Below, in pieces: positions 38,601-50,100 of a DNA stretch of 64,000 bases. Origin of the DNA: Tubiluchus corallicola. Taxonomy: Eukaryota; Animalia; Priapulida. The translations under genes were made by a program, and so were the position numbers. The stretch lies in the NCBI GenBank assembly GCA_030141605.1, contig JAQGDQ010000017.1, positions 682,001 through 746,000 on the forward strand, in the 5' to 3' direction. The notes beneath the pieces are model-generated. The model was not told where the DNA came from. It saw nothing but the letters and a program-made list of their open reading frames with translations, and ran no database searches. How positions within the stretch are numbered: the stretch's first letter is position 1; each line of letters begins with the position of its first letter.

Positions 38601-41600
38601 TCTGCAAAAATTTAAAATTCCTTACAGACAAGAAATGGATTAGGGTTGGGGTTGAGGTTGAGGTTACTGTTACAACTGAGGTTAGGATTAGGGTTGTATT
38701 AGCATTAGGTTTAGCGTTAAGGTTAGTTTAGGATTAGGATTAGGGTTAGGCTTATTTGAACTGTGTGGGGAATTGTAAACTCCTCCCCTTTTTTTCAGAT
38801 TAAGAAATGTCTGTATGAGTATTTTGATACTCGTCTCCATAATATAAAATAATTTGCAGCGGATCTTTTTAGTTAACATGTACTTTACGGATATATTATT
38901 TCACAATGGAAAATTTACATGCAAACTTTAAACTTAACATTGTAAAGTTTCTTTACATGCTCAGTATTTATATAAATTATAGACATTTGTTATCATCATA
39001 CGTTCCAGTATGCAATCACCTGCTGGGTTTATTAGTAACAAAACTGTTTTCAAGTTTAAAAGACGTTTAACAGGAACTCACTGTTTGTACAGGAAAACAA
39101 TGCATTTTATACCACTTGGTAAGCAATCATGTTTAAACATTTTAAATAAGGTCAAATAAACTATCACTAACGTGTCAGAAATGTAGAAAACAGCAATACT
39201 ACTTATACACTTAATATTTTGTCAATGAAGTATGTTTTGTCTCTCATCATGTAACACTCAAGCCTGTAAAAAAGCTCTCAGATAGACTCACCTGACCCAA
39301 GCAGTTAAGTACACTTTGCTTCCCAGGTCAATTACACCAAAATCAAGAGGACTTGTGACCTTGACCCCATCCTTGTCCTTTAGTAGTTCCGCCAAAAAAC
39401 TATGCTGGGTGGGTGAAACTTGAATTGTTGGTAAATTTGACCTTCACAAAAAATGAAACAGCCGGTAAAAACAAAGTATGATGCAAGTCAATCAGAAATA
39501 AAAACTACACTCACTTCCGGCCATATTACACTCTCACAATCTCACATGTAGTTGACACAATAAACCACTGTTGGTATTCACTACACGTAAGTAGACTACC
39601 TTTCTGATGGGATTTTTTGGGAGATGGCGCAGTGGCAGAACAGCTCAAGGTTTAAAACTCACTCATGTTCTGGGTACGAATCCCATAGTTACTACTCAAA
39701 CAGAAAATTTGGCCGCTTTGCCAGGCCTGCCCAGTAAAAATGGCTGAACACTGTGTCAACCAATAGTCCTAGTATGCTGAAATTTGTAATCAGACACCAT
39801 ATCATGCCGATCCCTATTCCCTATTCTACGTCAAGATCACGGGACCACTCTTCTACGCCTTATTTCAGATCTTCTTCATGTAAATTTTATGATTTACCTC
39901 AATTTAATATTTCCATGGCAAAAATATTAAACACATGCATCATTTATGGCTCAAATTAATATTTAAAGTTTGATTCAAATGAAGAATTAATGCGATTAAT
40001 GGAACTCGCAAACTCGGTCTTTCAAAACAAAGCCAAACAAAATAAGACAAACAGCCTGTAACATTCAGCTAAAATAAGACAGGAAAATGGAGTAATAACC
40101 ACTCACAGAAGAGGAAACTAAAATACCTCCAGTACAACAAACAACTGCTATAAAGCACAAGTTTTAATCAATATTTTTTATCGCTTTTCTTTTTTTTAAA
40201 AAATTGATATGCCTTTGCTATTTCTTTCTATATTTATCTATATTAATTAATTGACAACTATTATCACCTTCCCACTTCTGAAGTTTGTGCTCCTTTCAAT
40301 TTCAGAGAGATTGCTCTCCAACGTAGCTGCCCTCTTTTGGATTCTATAGCTACTCCGGTCACATGGTCGCCCATCCTAGGTCTGTAACCATTCTCGGCGG
40401 CAGACAGATCAAAACCAACATCGTTATCGATTCTCCCATACGTCTGCCTGAGCCAAGTGATCTTACCATTGAATGTGCGCTCACGTAGTGGCGCAATGGC
40501 CGTGGCTAGCCGCCTCTCCGACTCCACATCGGACACTACTGTAGCTGTCACCCAGTCGCCACAATGTGGTCCTCTTGCACCGAATCCAGTGCAATCCGCA
40601 ATTTGGAAGATAATATCGTAGTTCAACCAGCCAGTTTCAGCGCCATTCTCTATTTCAGTAACACGCGCCACTACATCTTTGGACTTTACTACCGAGCATT
40701 CAGAATCAACACCCGTTGACTCTTGAAGATTATCGTCCAAAACAAGAGGATCCGCTCCAGAGGGCCTGTCCTCTGCATTCTTCTCCACAAAACCTTTACA
40801 AGTGTTACTAGCAGTTTCACACTGTGCATCACGAGTTCGTGTGTCTGTAAACACGTTTTTTGACGAAGTACTTCGTTTGTGAGCCTGGGTATCATTGACA
40901 TTTGAATCCCAGGAAGGCTCACTAAATAAATGAACACGATCGGCTATCCATCCGGCTTCGGAATGATCCCGATGTGCGGTTCCTTGTACCTACAGTTAAC
41001 GGAAACTGCACATTAGAATAAAATAAAATAAGGTAAATTGAAATAAGGGAAGAGATAACAAGGTAAAGCAGATATTAGGCAAAAAAGATAAGTTCTACTA
41101 CCTTTACATAAGCTAGTTTCTTAGGTCTCTAGCGAAATGTATTGTAAATTTGTATATTAATTTGTTAGTATTAACCTTGTATTAACCACACATGTGATTT
41201 ATAATAACATAATTACGAACATTGTTTATATGCCAAACAGTGATTATACTACATTCAAACTCTAAACTTGAAACTCTTTAACTGGCATAAGTAAAAATAT
41301 AAGTTAAAAACGTATTGCGTAATGTACATAAATACAGTAAAACTCTCCTGTTTTTAATTTGCTGAAGTTAATTTCTCAATATCTGCATGTGTTGTGTATT
41401 TGTGTTGTATATTTTTTGTATTTTGTAAATTTCTTTATTATTATAATAAGTTTATATTTTTAATTTTGGTCTTAATGATTGTACATTGTGTATTTGTGTA
41501 ATTTTTGTTAATTTTTCTATTCATTTGTATGTACTTTTAATTTAGCCTTTAAATGTGTTAGTTTAAATGTGTCAGCCTACTAATGATGACACTACTGCTT

Positions 41601-43804
41601 TTATCATTTCTTTATTATCTGGTTGCATACAAATTTTAATGTAAATGTGATACAATTTTATGTTTGGCATTGCATATAACTTTTTAGCAATAAAGAATAT
41701 TAATAATCAAATAAATAATAAGCAAAAATAAATGGATTGAACTAAATCGAAAAAGTGAGTTGATAATGTAAGAAAGTAAAATGAGAGATAATGTAATGTG
41801 AGACGCACTAAGCTAAGGTGAGTAAAGACTGGAAAAGAGACAGCAGTGCAGAACAAAGCAACATGTGTTAAAGGAAGACAGGATGATTTTTCATATACTA
41901 ACCCGTTTTCAAATCCAATAAAAAGTATGCATTTTAACACAATTAATACTGCACAAAAAGCTATCTGATAATTAGATAATAGATTAAAAACTAAATTAAC
42001 GGTGGGCAAGCCCAGTTATTGATGACATCACAAGCTAACATAACTTTCAAAGGCAAAAATATTCCACAAGCGTGTGGCACATGTTTGCGAAAACGAAAAT
42101 TTAAGTACAGTGGTTTTGTAACATATTCAGTGTGTTGTACTAAAACTAGGCAAGTTTTAAGATAAAAACTTGTCAAATCTACCTCTGTGCTCACACTTGA
42201 GCTGTTGAATGTGCATAGTTCGTCACAAATTAACACATCTGAACTGAGAGGTACAGCACCTGTTTTTTGTACAATGCATTTCTGAAATGCCGGCGCTAGT
42301 GCCCATCTAACTAGTGAATGGCGTAATACATATAACAGCGAAGAACTAGTGGCACAAACGTGAAATTGTGTTTGTGTAAAAATTCTTTTAGGAAATTCAT
42401 TTTTGAAAAAATAGTATGTTTCCTTTCGATATCCGGTTATCCTTTAACTATTGGTGTGACATTAAAAGAAATGCAGAGATTTTCTATTTTTTCTGAGAAA
42501 TTAACTGCTTCTGAAAAAATAGTTATTTCACTACAAGTCAAAGACTTCCATAGAAAACAATGTAGAAGCATCAAATACATTCGAGGGTCAGGACTCATAC
42601 AATTAAATGGCTTTACAAGTTTTGTTTACATTTGTAGATTATTTGTTTACCAAGTGGTAAAAGTAAGTATTTATCCTAAAGACACTGTAGTAGCTACACA
42701 ATTTGCCTGAAATAGTAAATAAAATTCTGTGTTTAAAACACAGAGCATTTACCTCATCGCCCACCGAAGGACGAGAAGACCCATAAACGGAAGAAAACTC
42801 AAAAAATATGTTTCCATTAATCATACCATACTTTGGTAGAATGCTGGTAACTTTGCCTTCAAAATTTATTGTCTCTGGCCCACTAATAGCCTTATTTGCA
42901 CTGCCAGTTTTGTCATCTAAAAAAAATCTCTAAATTAGTGCAGTATTCAAAATTTTCTTTTCTACCAGGTGTTTCAATAGTCACTCATTATTTTTAAAAA
43001 TTTCTTGAAAAAGCAAAATTTTACAAAATTTCAGTAGTACACTAAAACAATTCTGAACTATGGAGTAAGAGTTTACCGCAAGGCGAATTACGCTGGTTGA
43101 TCAGGTATAAAGAAAACTGAAAATCAAATTAGTATGAGGGACTCTTCAAACAGTCAGTTTTTCTCATTTGTTATTTTTAATGGAAAAGAATCAGTTATAA
43201 TTAATTTAATAATTAGCTAAAAAGTACCACAACTTTTCAAGTATGAGTTTAGTGCAGACATTATAGTCTCGTGGTAATGCGTCTGCTTTCCAACTGGAGG
43301 TCATGAGTTCGAAACTGAGGTCAGGAATACCATAGACTTTAACCCTGTTGTTACTCTCCCTGGCATGTGGAATTTAGGATAAAAGCGGGGTAATAATAGT
43401 TTCTGATACGTAGTTGTACAAATGTTATTTGCAGCTGGCAAAAAGCTCTTTGAATGTATGTTAATTGTTCATCCAAAAGCCGACTTTAAATAAAGATCAT
43501 CGTTACTATATTATATTATTATTATTATTATTATATATAGTTACATCATCAGTATGATGAATAATTTAGCTGAATTATTCTTCTTCTTGGTCCTGTTTAG
43601 TGACCTACAACCCAGTTTTCTAGCAGCATAAAACAGAAAAGAAATATTTATTTTGGCCTAAGTTGAGATTCATTAAGGGCCTGTATAAATTATGCATTGA
43701 TTTATAACGACTAATAAATAAATTAAACTGAATTGCATAAACTTACCTTCAGTAGCATCACTCTTCCAAAAGTATGCTGAAAGTTTCCATAAGCTGCTTA
43801 ACAT
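23609..43804 (-). CDS. MOV10L1: MOV10L1/armitage-like SF1 (UPF1-like) RNA helicase of the piRNA pathway, ~1216 aa, 18 coding exons
   Basis: Exons 43804-43747, 42916-42753, 40989-40268, 39441-39292, 38417-38229, 37979-37767, 37242-37026, 36111-35962, 34784-34634, 32336-32109, 31066-30842, 29985-29795, 28900-28736, 28186-28010, 26651-26502, 25832-25725, 25244-25104, 23860-23609; all GT-AG, 3651 nt in frame. N-terminus [13 protein letters not shown] resembles MOV10L1, followed by OB/S1-like repeats. Motifs: [71 protein letters not shown]. Confidence 0.93.
28309..28692 (-). mobile_element. Family D MITE, inverted
   Basis: Perfect TIR AGCCTTTTCACAGTT / AACTGTGAAAAGGCT flanked by TA. Confidence 0.75.
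29167..29563 (-). mobile_element. Family C hAT-like MITE, inverted
   Basis: CAGAGGTGGCTCG...GGGCTGCTACTG; reverse complement of family C blocks (CATGTGCACATGTCTGAG). Confidence 0.65.
31610..31722. repeat. ~32-bp tandem repeat x~4
   Basis: Units of CGATTTCGATAAACAATAAGGATTTGC. Confidence 0.75.
34910..35460. mobile_element. Family E related MITE, degenerate and inverted relative to 10943-11757
   Basis: CAGCAGGTGCCGTTTATAAGACTCAC start; GGGTCAAAACACGTC is the reverse complement of sequence at ~10978-10992. Confidence 0.55.
35626..35906. mobile_element. hAT-like MITE
   Basis: CAGTGGCGTAGC ... GCTACGCCCTTG with a perfect 8-bp TSD TTACTAAT. Confidence 0.8.
38638..38752 (+). repeat. Degenerate TTAGGG-like hexamer array
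   Basis: TTAGGG/TTGAGG/TTAGGA variants in tandem. Confidence 0.75.
41868..42430 (+). mobile_element. Family A Kolobok-like MITE, right end truncated
   Basis: TTAAAGGAAGACAGGATGATTTTTCATATACT start; colinear with the other family A copies. Confidence 0.75.
43250..43540 (+). mobile_element. tRNA-derived SINE-like element
   Basis: A-box-like TAGTCTCGTGG and B-box-like GAGTTCGAAAC (~43263-43313), an unrelated body and a (TTA)n tail at ~43505-43535. Confidence 0.5.
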
Positions 43805-44789
43805 TTTGACGCATTATATTCTCGGATAAGGTCAAGAAAGGTCTGAAACAAAAAATACCATGCACTAGTTGATGCAGTAAATTGAATTCAAATATGAGCG
43901 TGCTTTACATCAATTAAAAAAAGCTTATAAACCTCTGATTGCTCGTGAATATATCTAATCTGATCCTCCACATTGGAATGGTAGCAACATAAAAGCAATC
44001 AAAAGCAGTTTAACAATAACAATAATATTGCTCATTCTAAGTAAGATATATTTTGTTGTGTGTTTTGTTTTGTTTCTCTCTCTCTTTTGCCAATCAGTCC
44101 TGTTAATGATAGCTTCTTTTTTCCTCTTTATTTGAAATTGCTGAGCTTGGTCTATTTTCATTGGCACCATTATTATCATTTTACAATTTTACACTCTGCA
44201 CTTATGTTTTGCACATAATAAATTTCATTATTATAATAAACAACAAACTGGGCAAGCACAAACATAGTTAGCATTAAAATATGATTAAAAATATCAAACA
44301 TCAAAGCTTAATTAGTTACGCCAATCACCAATTTCCGATTAGACCCTTGACTTTTTCTGCTGAGTGAATGATTACAGATCACTACTTGATCAGATAGATC
44401 ATGCACCTCTTTTTGCAATTTTACAAAAATGGTCATTCATCCTCAAACACTTTTCAAAATGAAACAACTATTAATCGTGTAAAATTTGGTAGCTGTTTCA
44501 TTGACAAGGAATAATGAACTGCAGCAAGAGGCCCACTTAACAAAGATGTATTTGTACTTTGTGACTATGATGTGCGAAAAACCCCTTGCAATGACACATA
44601 AGCCAGGACAGCAAAGCGCCACAAACTTAGGAATAAGTTTCCTACTATGTGATATCATAACATATCATATAATAGTACTAATAAAACGTTCATTACATAA
44701 TCGCCACCCTAACGCGAAAAAATGGAACGGAGTTTGCAAGACTTGGTGGCAGTAAGAGGGTCGAAGTTGGGATACGTTACCTGCCATAC

Positions 44790-45310
44790 AAGGCACTGAC
44801 AAGAGTTCACAGGAAAGTATAACTTGTAATGTAAATTTTAGTAATTAAAATAAAAACGCAAAAATCCAAAATCAACACTGACAACAGTGTCACTGTCATT
44901 ACTACATGCGACAATTCATGAAACAAAAAAAGTTGACGATTTTTTAGATTAATGGCGGTAATTTAATTTATTTTTTATCAGCGGAATTATAAAAACTGTT
45001 AGCTTTACTTTCAAAATTAACTTTCACACAAAAGTTCACACAAAACATATTACAAGGCAGTTTGTTTACATTTTACCAATGCGCGGCCATAACGTGATGG
45101 CGCACCTGTTGTTGTGCCCGCTAGATGTATGATCCTTAAACCACAGATAAAAATTTTAATCGGTAAAAGACTATAATCCGGCACGCTCACAAAATTGAAA
45201 AAAATTGAATCTTTTTGAAACTCTCGACTGATGATGAAGCATTGATGGCTTATGATGGAAGATGATTTCAGGGTTGAACTACAGCATGCCTGAAGAAGTG
45301 CACGTGAGGT
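44790..45310. promoter_or_regulatory. Putative bidirectional promoter between MOV10L1 and ARIH2
   Basis: Lies between a minus-strand donor (CAG|gtaacg, 44781) and candidate plus-strand donors near 45303-45310. Locally CpG-richer, with YY1-like ATGGCGG (~44952), CGGCCAT/ATGGCG (~45084-45102) and CCAAT (~45076). Inferred only. Confidence 0.45.
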
Positions 45311-47149
45311 CTGGTATTTGTTTTAGCTAGTTGCACAATTATTATGAGGAAGTTAAGAAGATCCACCGCGGCATTATACAATCCCTTCTGCATTTAATAA
45401 GTTTTCGCCTCAACTAACTAACTAATTAAGTAATTAATAATAATGATAATACCAATAAAAATAACAATAATAATAACAACAACATAATAATAAATATGTA
45501 ATTAATATTGTCATATTCTTATAGAGAAGTTCAGAGTAGGCTTCCCGACACCTGCATAGACATAGTCTGATAACTTTGCCAATTTGCTTAATTCTTATTA
45601 ATTTTGTTGAAATAATGGCATTCTTAGTTAGTTCTCGTATTCTATCCCTTAGTGCCAAAAATTTTGATATATATGTATGCGATATAACTTTGTCACGTTT
45701 GAAAAATATAACTTATATGTTCAAAAACGGCACATAGGATTATGGCAGGTGTTACATTAATGTACAATATACATCTTATTGCATTGGTTATTCAAAAATC
45801 ATGGAGATCAAGACACGCCAAAGGCTTTACTTTTATCAAAAAAGATACGCTATATCTGAACACCTCACTTATAATCGTGATTACTTACAGTATTAAACTT
45901 CCATAATTCTGTACATTCTGCATGATTTGCTTAGGAACAAAAACTACAATTAAGAAAATAAATTAACAGAGAATGCTTTTAAGAACACGACTCAGAGAGG
46001 AATATTCACCTTGGACACGTTTTGGCAATACATCTCTTAGTGGATTGAAGATTAAGCAACAGAATTCAGCTTGCAGATACAATATTAAATAACCATTAGC
46101 TGATAAAAGGCAGAAATACAAAAGTAATACAAAATGTTAATAAAAATTGTTTCTAAGCAATGATCTTGGGAGCACGTAATTTTTTACTACATTGAATTAA
46201 GGTTTACATCTGATACTGCACCATACTGGTTTGATCAACCGCCTCGTACTATAATTAATTTTAAAAAAATGATAAAGTCATTTTAGCTAGATGGACATTT
46301 GAATCTTTCACATATTTACGTTATCTTCAATTGGTATTTTTATTTCGTTTTTAATATTTTTTTATTTAATATTTTTTATTGGTTTTTTAATTTAATAAAT
46401 TTATTTTGTTTTATTTTTTAATTCATGTTTATGTATTAAATTTTTATTTTTTTATTTATGCAATAAAAATTCTATTTTTTTCTTATTTTTGGATTACAAT
46501 ATGATTCACTACGTATTCCCATATATAATAATTACTTACTCCGTAATTGCGCCTGATTGCGGCCAATCCCCATTTCTACAATTAAACATTTCCTCAATAG
46601 AGGACGCCACAGTAATTGCGATAGTCAATTTCCGCACAATGTAAAGTATTTCCGGATTTATTCTTGGAGGCTCGATTTGGTAAATACATTTTGGTCACAA
46701 ATTAATACTTTGCATTTGTTTATTTTTACCTGTTATAGCTGATTTCAGAAATTCGCCATATTTTAGTTTGCCGAACAGAACGCATCATTATTATTATGAT
46801 TAAATTTAATAATCGTATTACAATAGGACTTACAGGTGCCTGCTCTGTAGGTAGATGATCACTTTCTGGAACCATCTGTTCTCAGATTGTCACTGTATTG
46901 ATCTTGAAAGATAGCATTTTCAGACTTGCCATATCTCACGTAGACCTGTCCCTCTTAAGAGATGCATTTTAGCTGTTGCAGCACTTACCAGCTTGCTAAT
47001 TAATAACCCCATTATTATATTATGGCATTAATTCTTTATTTTCCTAGGAATTTTAAATGCTGTAACATGTTTTTTTGATCAACAGATTGCATTTTGGCAA
47101 TATTTCAAGATAACTTGTAGAGTAACAATGCTGTCACTTTTTAGGTACA

Positions 47150-50100
47150 ATGGCAGCGGCTGTGCAGGACACTGATAGTGACTATGACGACGGTGATGCT
47201 AGTAGTGAGATGGATTTTGACGATTACTATGGAGGGGATGACATCGACGTTGACCAGTCAGATCCGTTGAAACACGATCTAGAATATTTTGAGTTTGAAT
47301 GCTTACAGATGGAAGATGTTGAACGTCTGCTGAACGAACTTGTTGAAGCTTTGAGTAATAGTGCAAAAGTACGGAGAATTGTTCTTTTTCGTCTTGTTTT
47401 CTTTACTACTGGATCAGGACAAGTTGTCTTGTGTAGACAAGATTGTCACCAATCATTTGTTAGTGGCATAATCTCATTAAGAATCTATTTTATTTATTTG
47501 TTACTAAAATAGGTGTAAAATAAATGTTTATCTTGCTCCTGAACTGTAAGATATGGTAGCAGAAAAATTATTAGCCGTTAAAGCTGTCACGTATAAACAG
47601 AAGCATTTAGTTTATGCCCCCTAAACGTTTTCTGATTTTTGTAAATGATAAACGCTTTCCCTTCGGCTTACTTCTGAAATGATAACTACAATAATGTTAT
47701 GACGATATAAAATGCACTTACAGTTGTTGGTTCAACTCGCTTGTAAATTAAATTGATAAACTAAGCCGTGGTCAGGCTGCTGCTGTTTGCTACTCCAAGG
47801 CTCACCCGTTATAATTAATGACTAGCTGGTCATAATTTTCCAACCTGGAATGTACATTGTCGTGGAGGGGGGCGGGGAATTTTTGCATAAATTGGTTCAT
47901 TAATTTCACATAATGAATGAGAATATGCCAAAAAAGCAGTTTAAAAAGCAATGACTGCAAATTATGAGATGGATCAATGTAAGTCTTAACATAATATCAG
48001 AAAAACAAAACAAGTTTAAAGCCTATTTCAGGTAATTATAGTAGTGATCCACCCAGGTGAGGTTACTGTAACTAATAGCTAATCAGTCCAGTCACTGTGG
48101 TGGTAATTAATTACAGCATCTAGACTCTACAGTGACTGTATTTCAACTAAATTATACAGATGAAAGCACCTGTAGTCATATATCTAAGTCACTTTAATTA
48201 ATTGCGACAGGTAATGAATATATATTCCCCCACTCAGACCGTATTTTATATCTCCTCTGCGCGTATTTAGTACCTGAACATCTCGTAAATGGAATCATTT
48301 TGTTTAGCAAGCATTGTGTAACCGTAAAACAAACTTAATAAATAATGCAGTCCTATTAGGTGTTAAGTTATTATTAGAAATCAAATGTTACGTTTTTCTT
48401 GTTAGAAAATTAAACATTTTTGTATAATTGCACATACCATAACTGAAATTGGAATTTTTACAACAAACCGAGTGGCATTTTATACCGTGAACAACAGTTG
48501 CCAATGATTTCACTGATCTGATTTCTCTATTGATATCAACTATTGATGACATCACAAACTAACATAATTTTTAACAGCAAAAATATTTCATGAGCGTGTT
48601 GAGTGTGTTTGCGAAACCGAAAATTGAAGTACAGTGCTACCATAAGATATTCAGTGTGTTGTACTAAAACTAGGTAAAAGTTTAAACATAATAATGCAAA
48701 TTTTGAATTTACCGCTGCGTTCACGCATGAGCTGTCGAACGTGTGTAGTTTGTTTCAAACTAACACACCTGAACTAAGAGGTACAGCACCTGTTTTTATT
48801 CATTGCATTTCCGAAATGCAGGCCCTAGTACCCGTCTAACTAGCGAATAGCGAAATGCATGTAACAGCGACAAACTAGTGGCGCGAACGTGAAATTGCGT
48901 TTGTGTGGTAATGAAGTTTTCGCGTAAGTCATTTATGAAAAAATAGTGCGTTTCCTTTCAATATTTTAAAGAGTAGATTGTTTTAACCTATAGGTTAAGA
49001 TTGGGTCTGGGTGAATACTAAGTATCACCACATTTTCTTCTACACTCGAATTTAAAATTTTAAGTCAAATCATCCCACCGTCCTAAGTTTAGTCATTCGT
49101 GCTAGGTTCTATAGCTGCTTACTTTGCAATTTTTTTGTATTTTCCTTTGTCCATTCCATTGGTTGAATTTTTTTATATAGATATGTCCATCATTAGCTAA
49201 GTTACTGCTGCATGGTAGCAAATGGCGACTGGACGACGTAATTGACCGTTATCACCGGGATCCAAACAAGGTGCTCGTTGATTCACGAATCAAAGCGACA
49301 GCTGTGTTCAAACCGCAGGTATTTGTCATTATATTTATATGATTTTATGGCATGCTACTTGAATATGATTTGAATGCTGTTATGTTGTGTCATTGTAGCT
49401 AATTACAATTTATTAACTAATTTATTAATATGAGATGGTGTATTAAGCCTCATCCAGCCTTATCCAAAGCAATAAGGACCTAGATGGTGACTACCGTATA
49501 TACTCGCATATAAGCCTACATCGCATATAAGCCGACCCCCTAAAACTGCCTTAAAATGGCCAGTTTTTGCAAAAACCCGTATATAAGCCGACCATCAACT
49601 TGTCTAATTTTACTCCATACCCAATCAACAAAATTGATCCCTTTTTGTCACATTTTGTTAATTGGGTATTTTTGGTTCATAGAAATTTTTTACTATAGAG
49701 ATGTAAAATGCTTACTTTTATGTTACATACTAGAAGAAATAGAAGAAATTATACATTTTGATATGAGTAAAGAAGAAAATATTTTGTTTTCTATTTATTC
49801 ACAAAAAATTATAACATTTCTGTTTATAATTTAACGTAGTGTTCTTAAAAATAATTAGAAACCTTCAAAATCATTGTCACTACCACCCTCATTGTCTGAC
49901 TCACCAAACAGCTTTCTCCATTCCTCTTTTGTGTACTGAACATTGTCATCATCCCACAGTACCTCATCTGCATCATTCTGTGGCCGCGTGCTCACGTTTG
50001 CCTCAGTTTGCCTCATTGGTTTGCTGTTCCTCTATAAGCCACGTGACCCTCGTCTCCCCACGCGCTGCCTACCAATTGGCTGATGACGTCGGCTTCACCA

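Noticed and set aside
40264-40854. Standalone cold-shock/OB-fold gene (196 aa ORF)
   Set aside because: Part of MOV10L1 coding exon 3 (40989-40268).
43255-43325. tRNA gene
   Set aside because: A/B-box-like motifs but no convincing acceptor stem, followed by a body and (TTA)n tail; SINE-like. The same applies to ~39625-39690.
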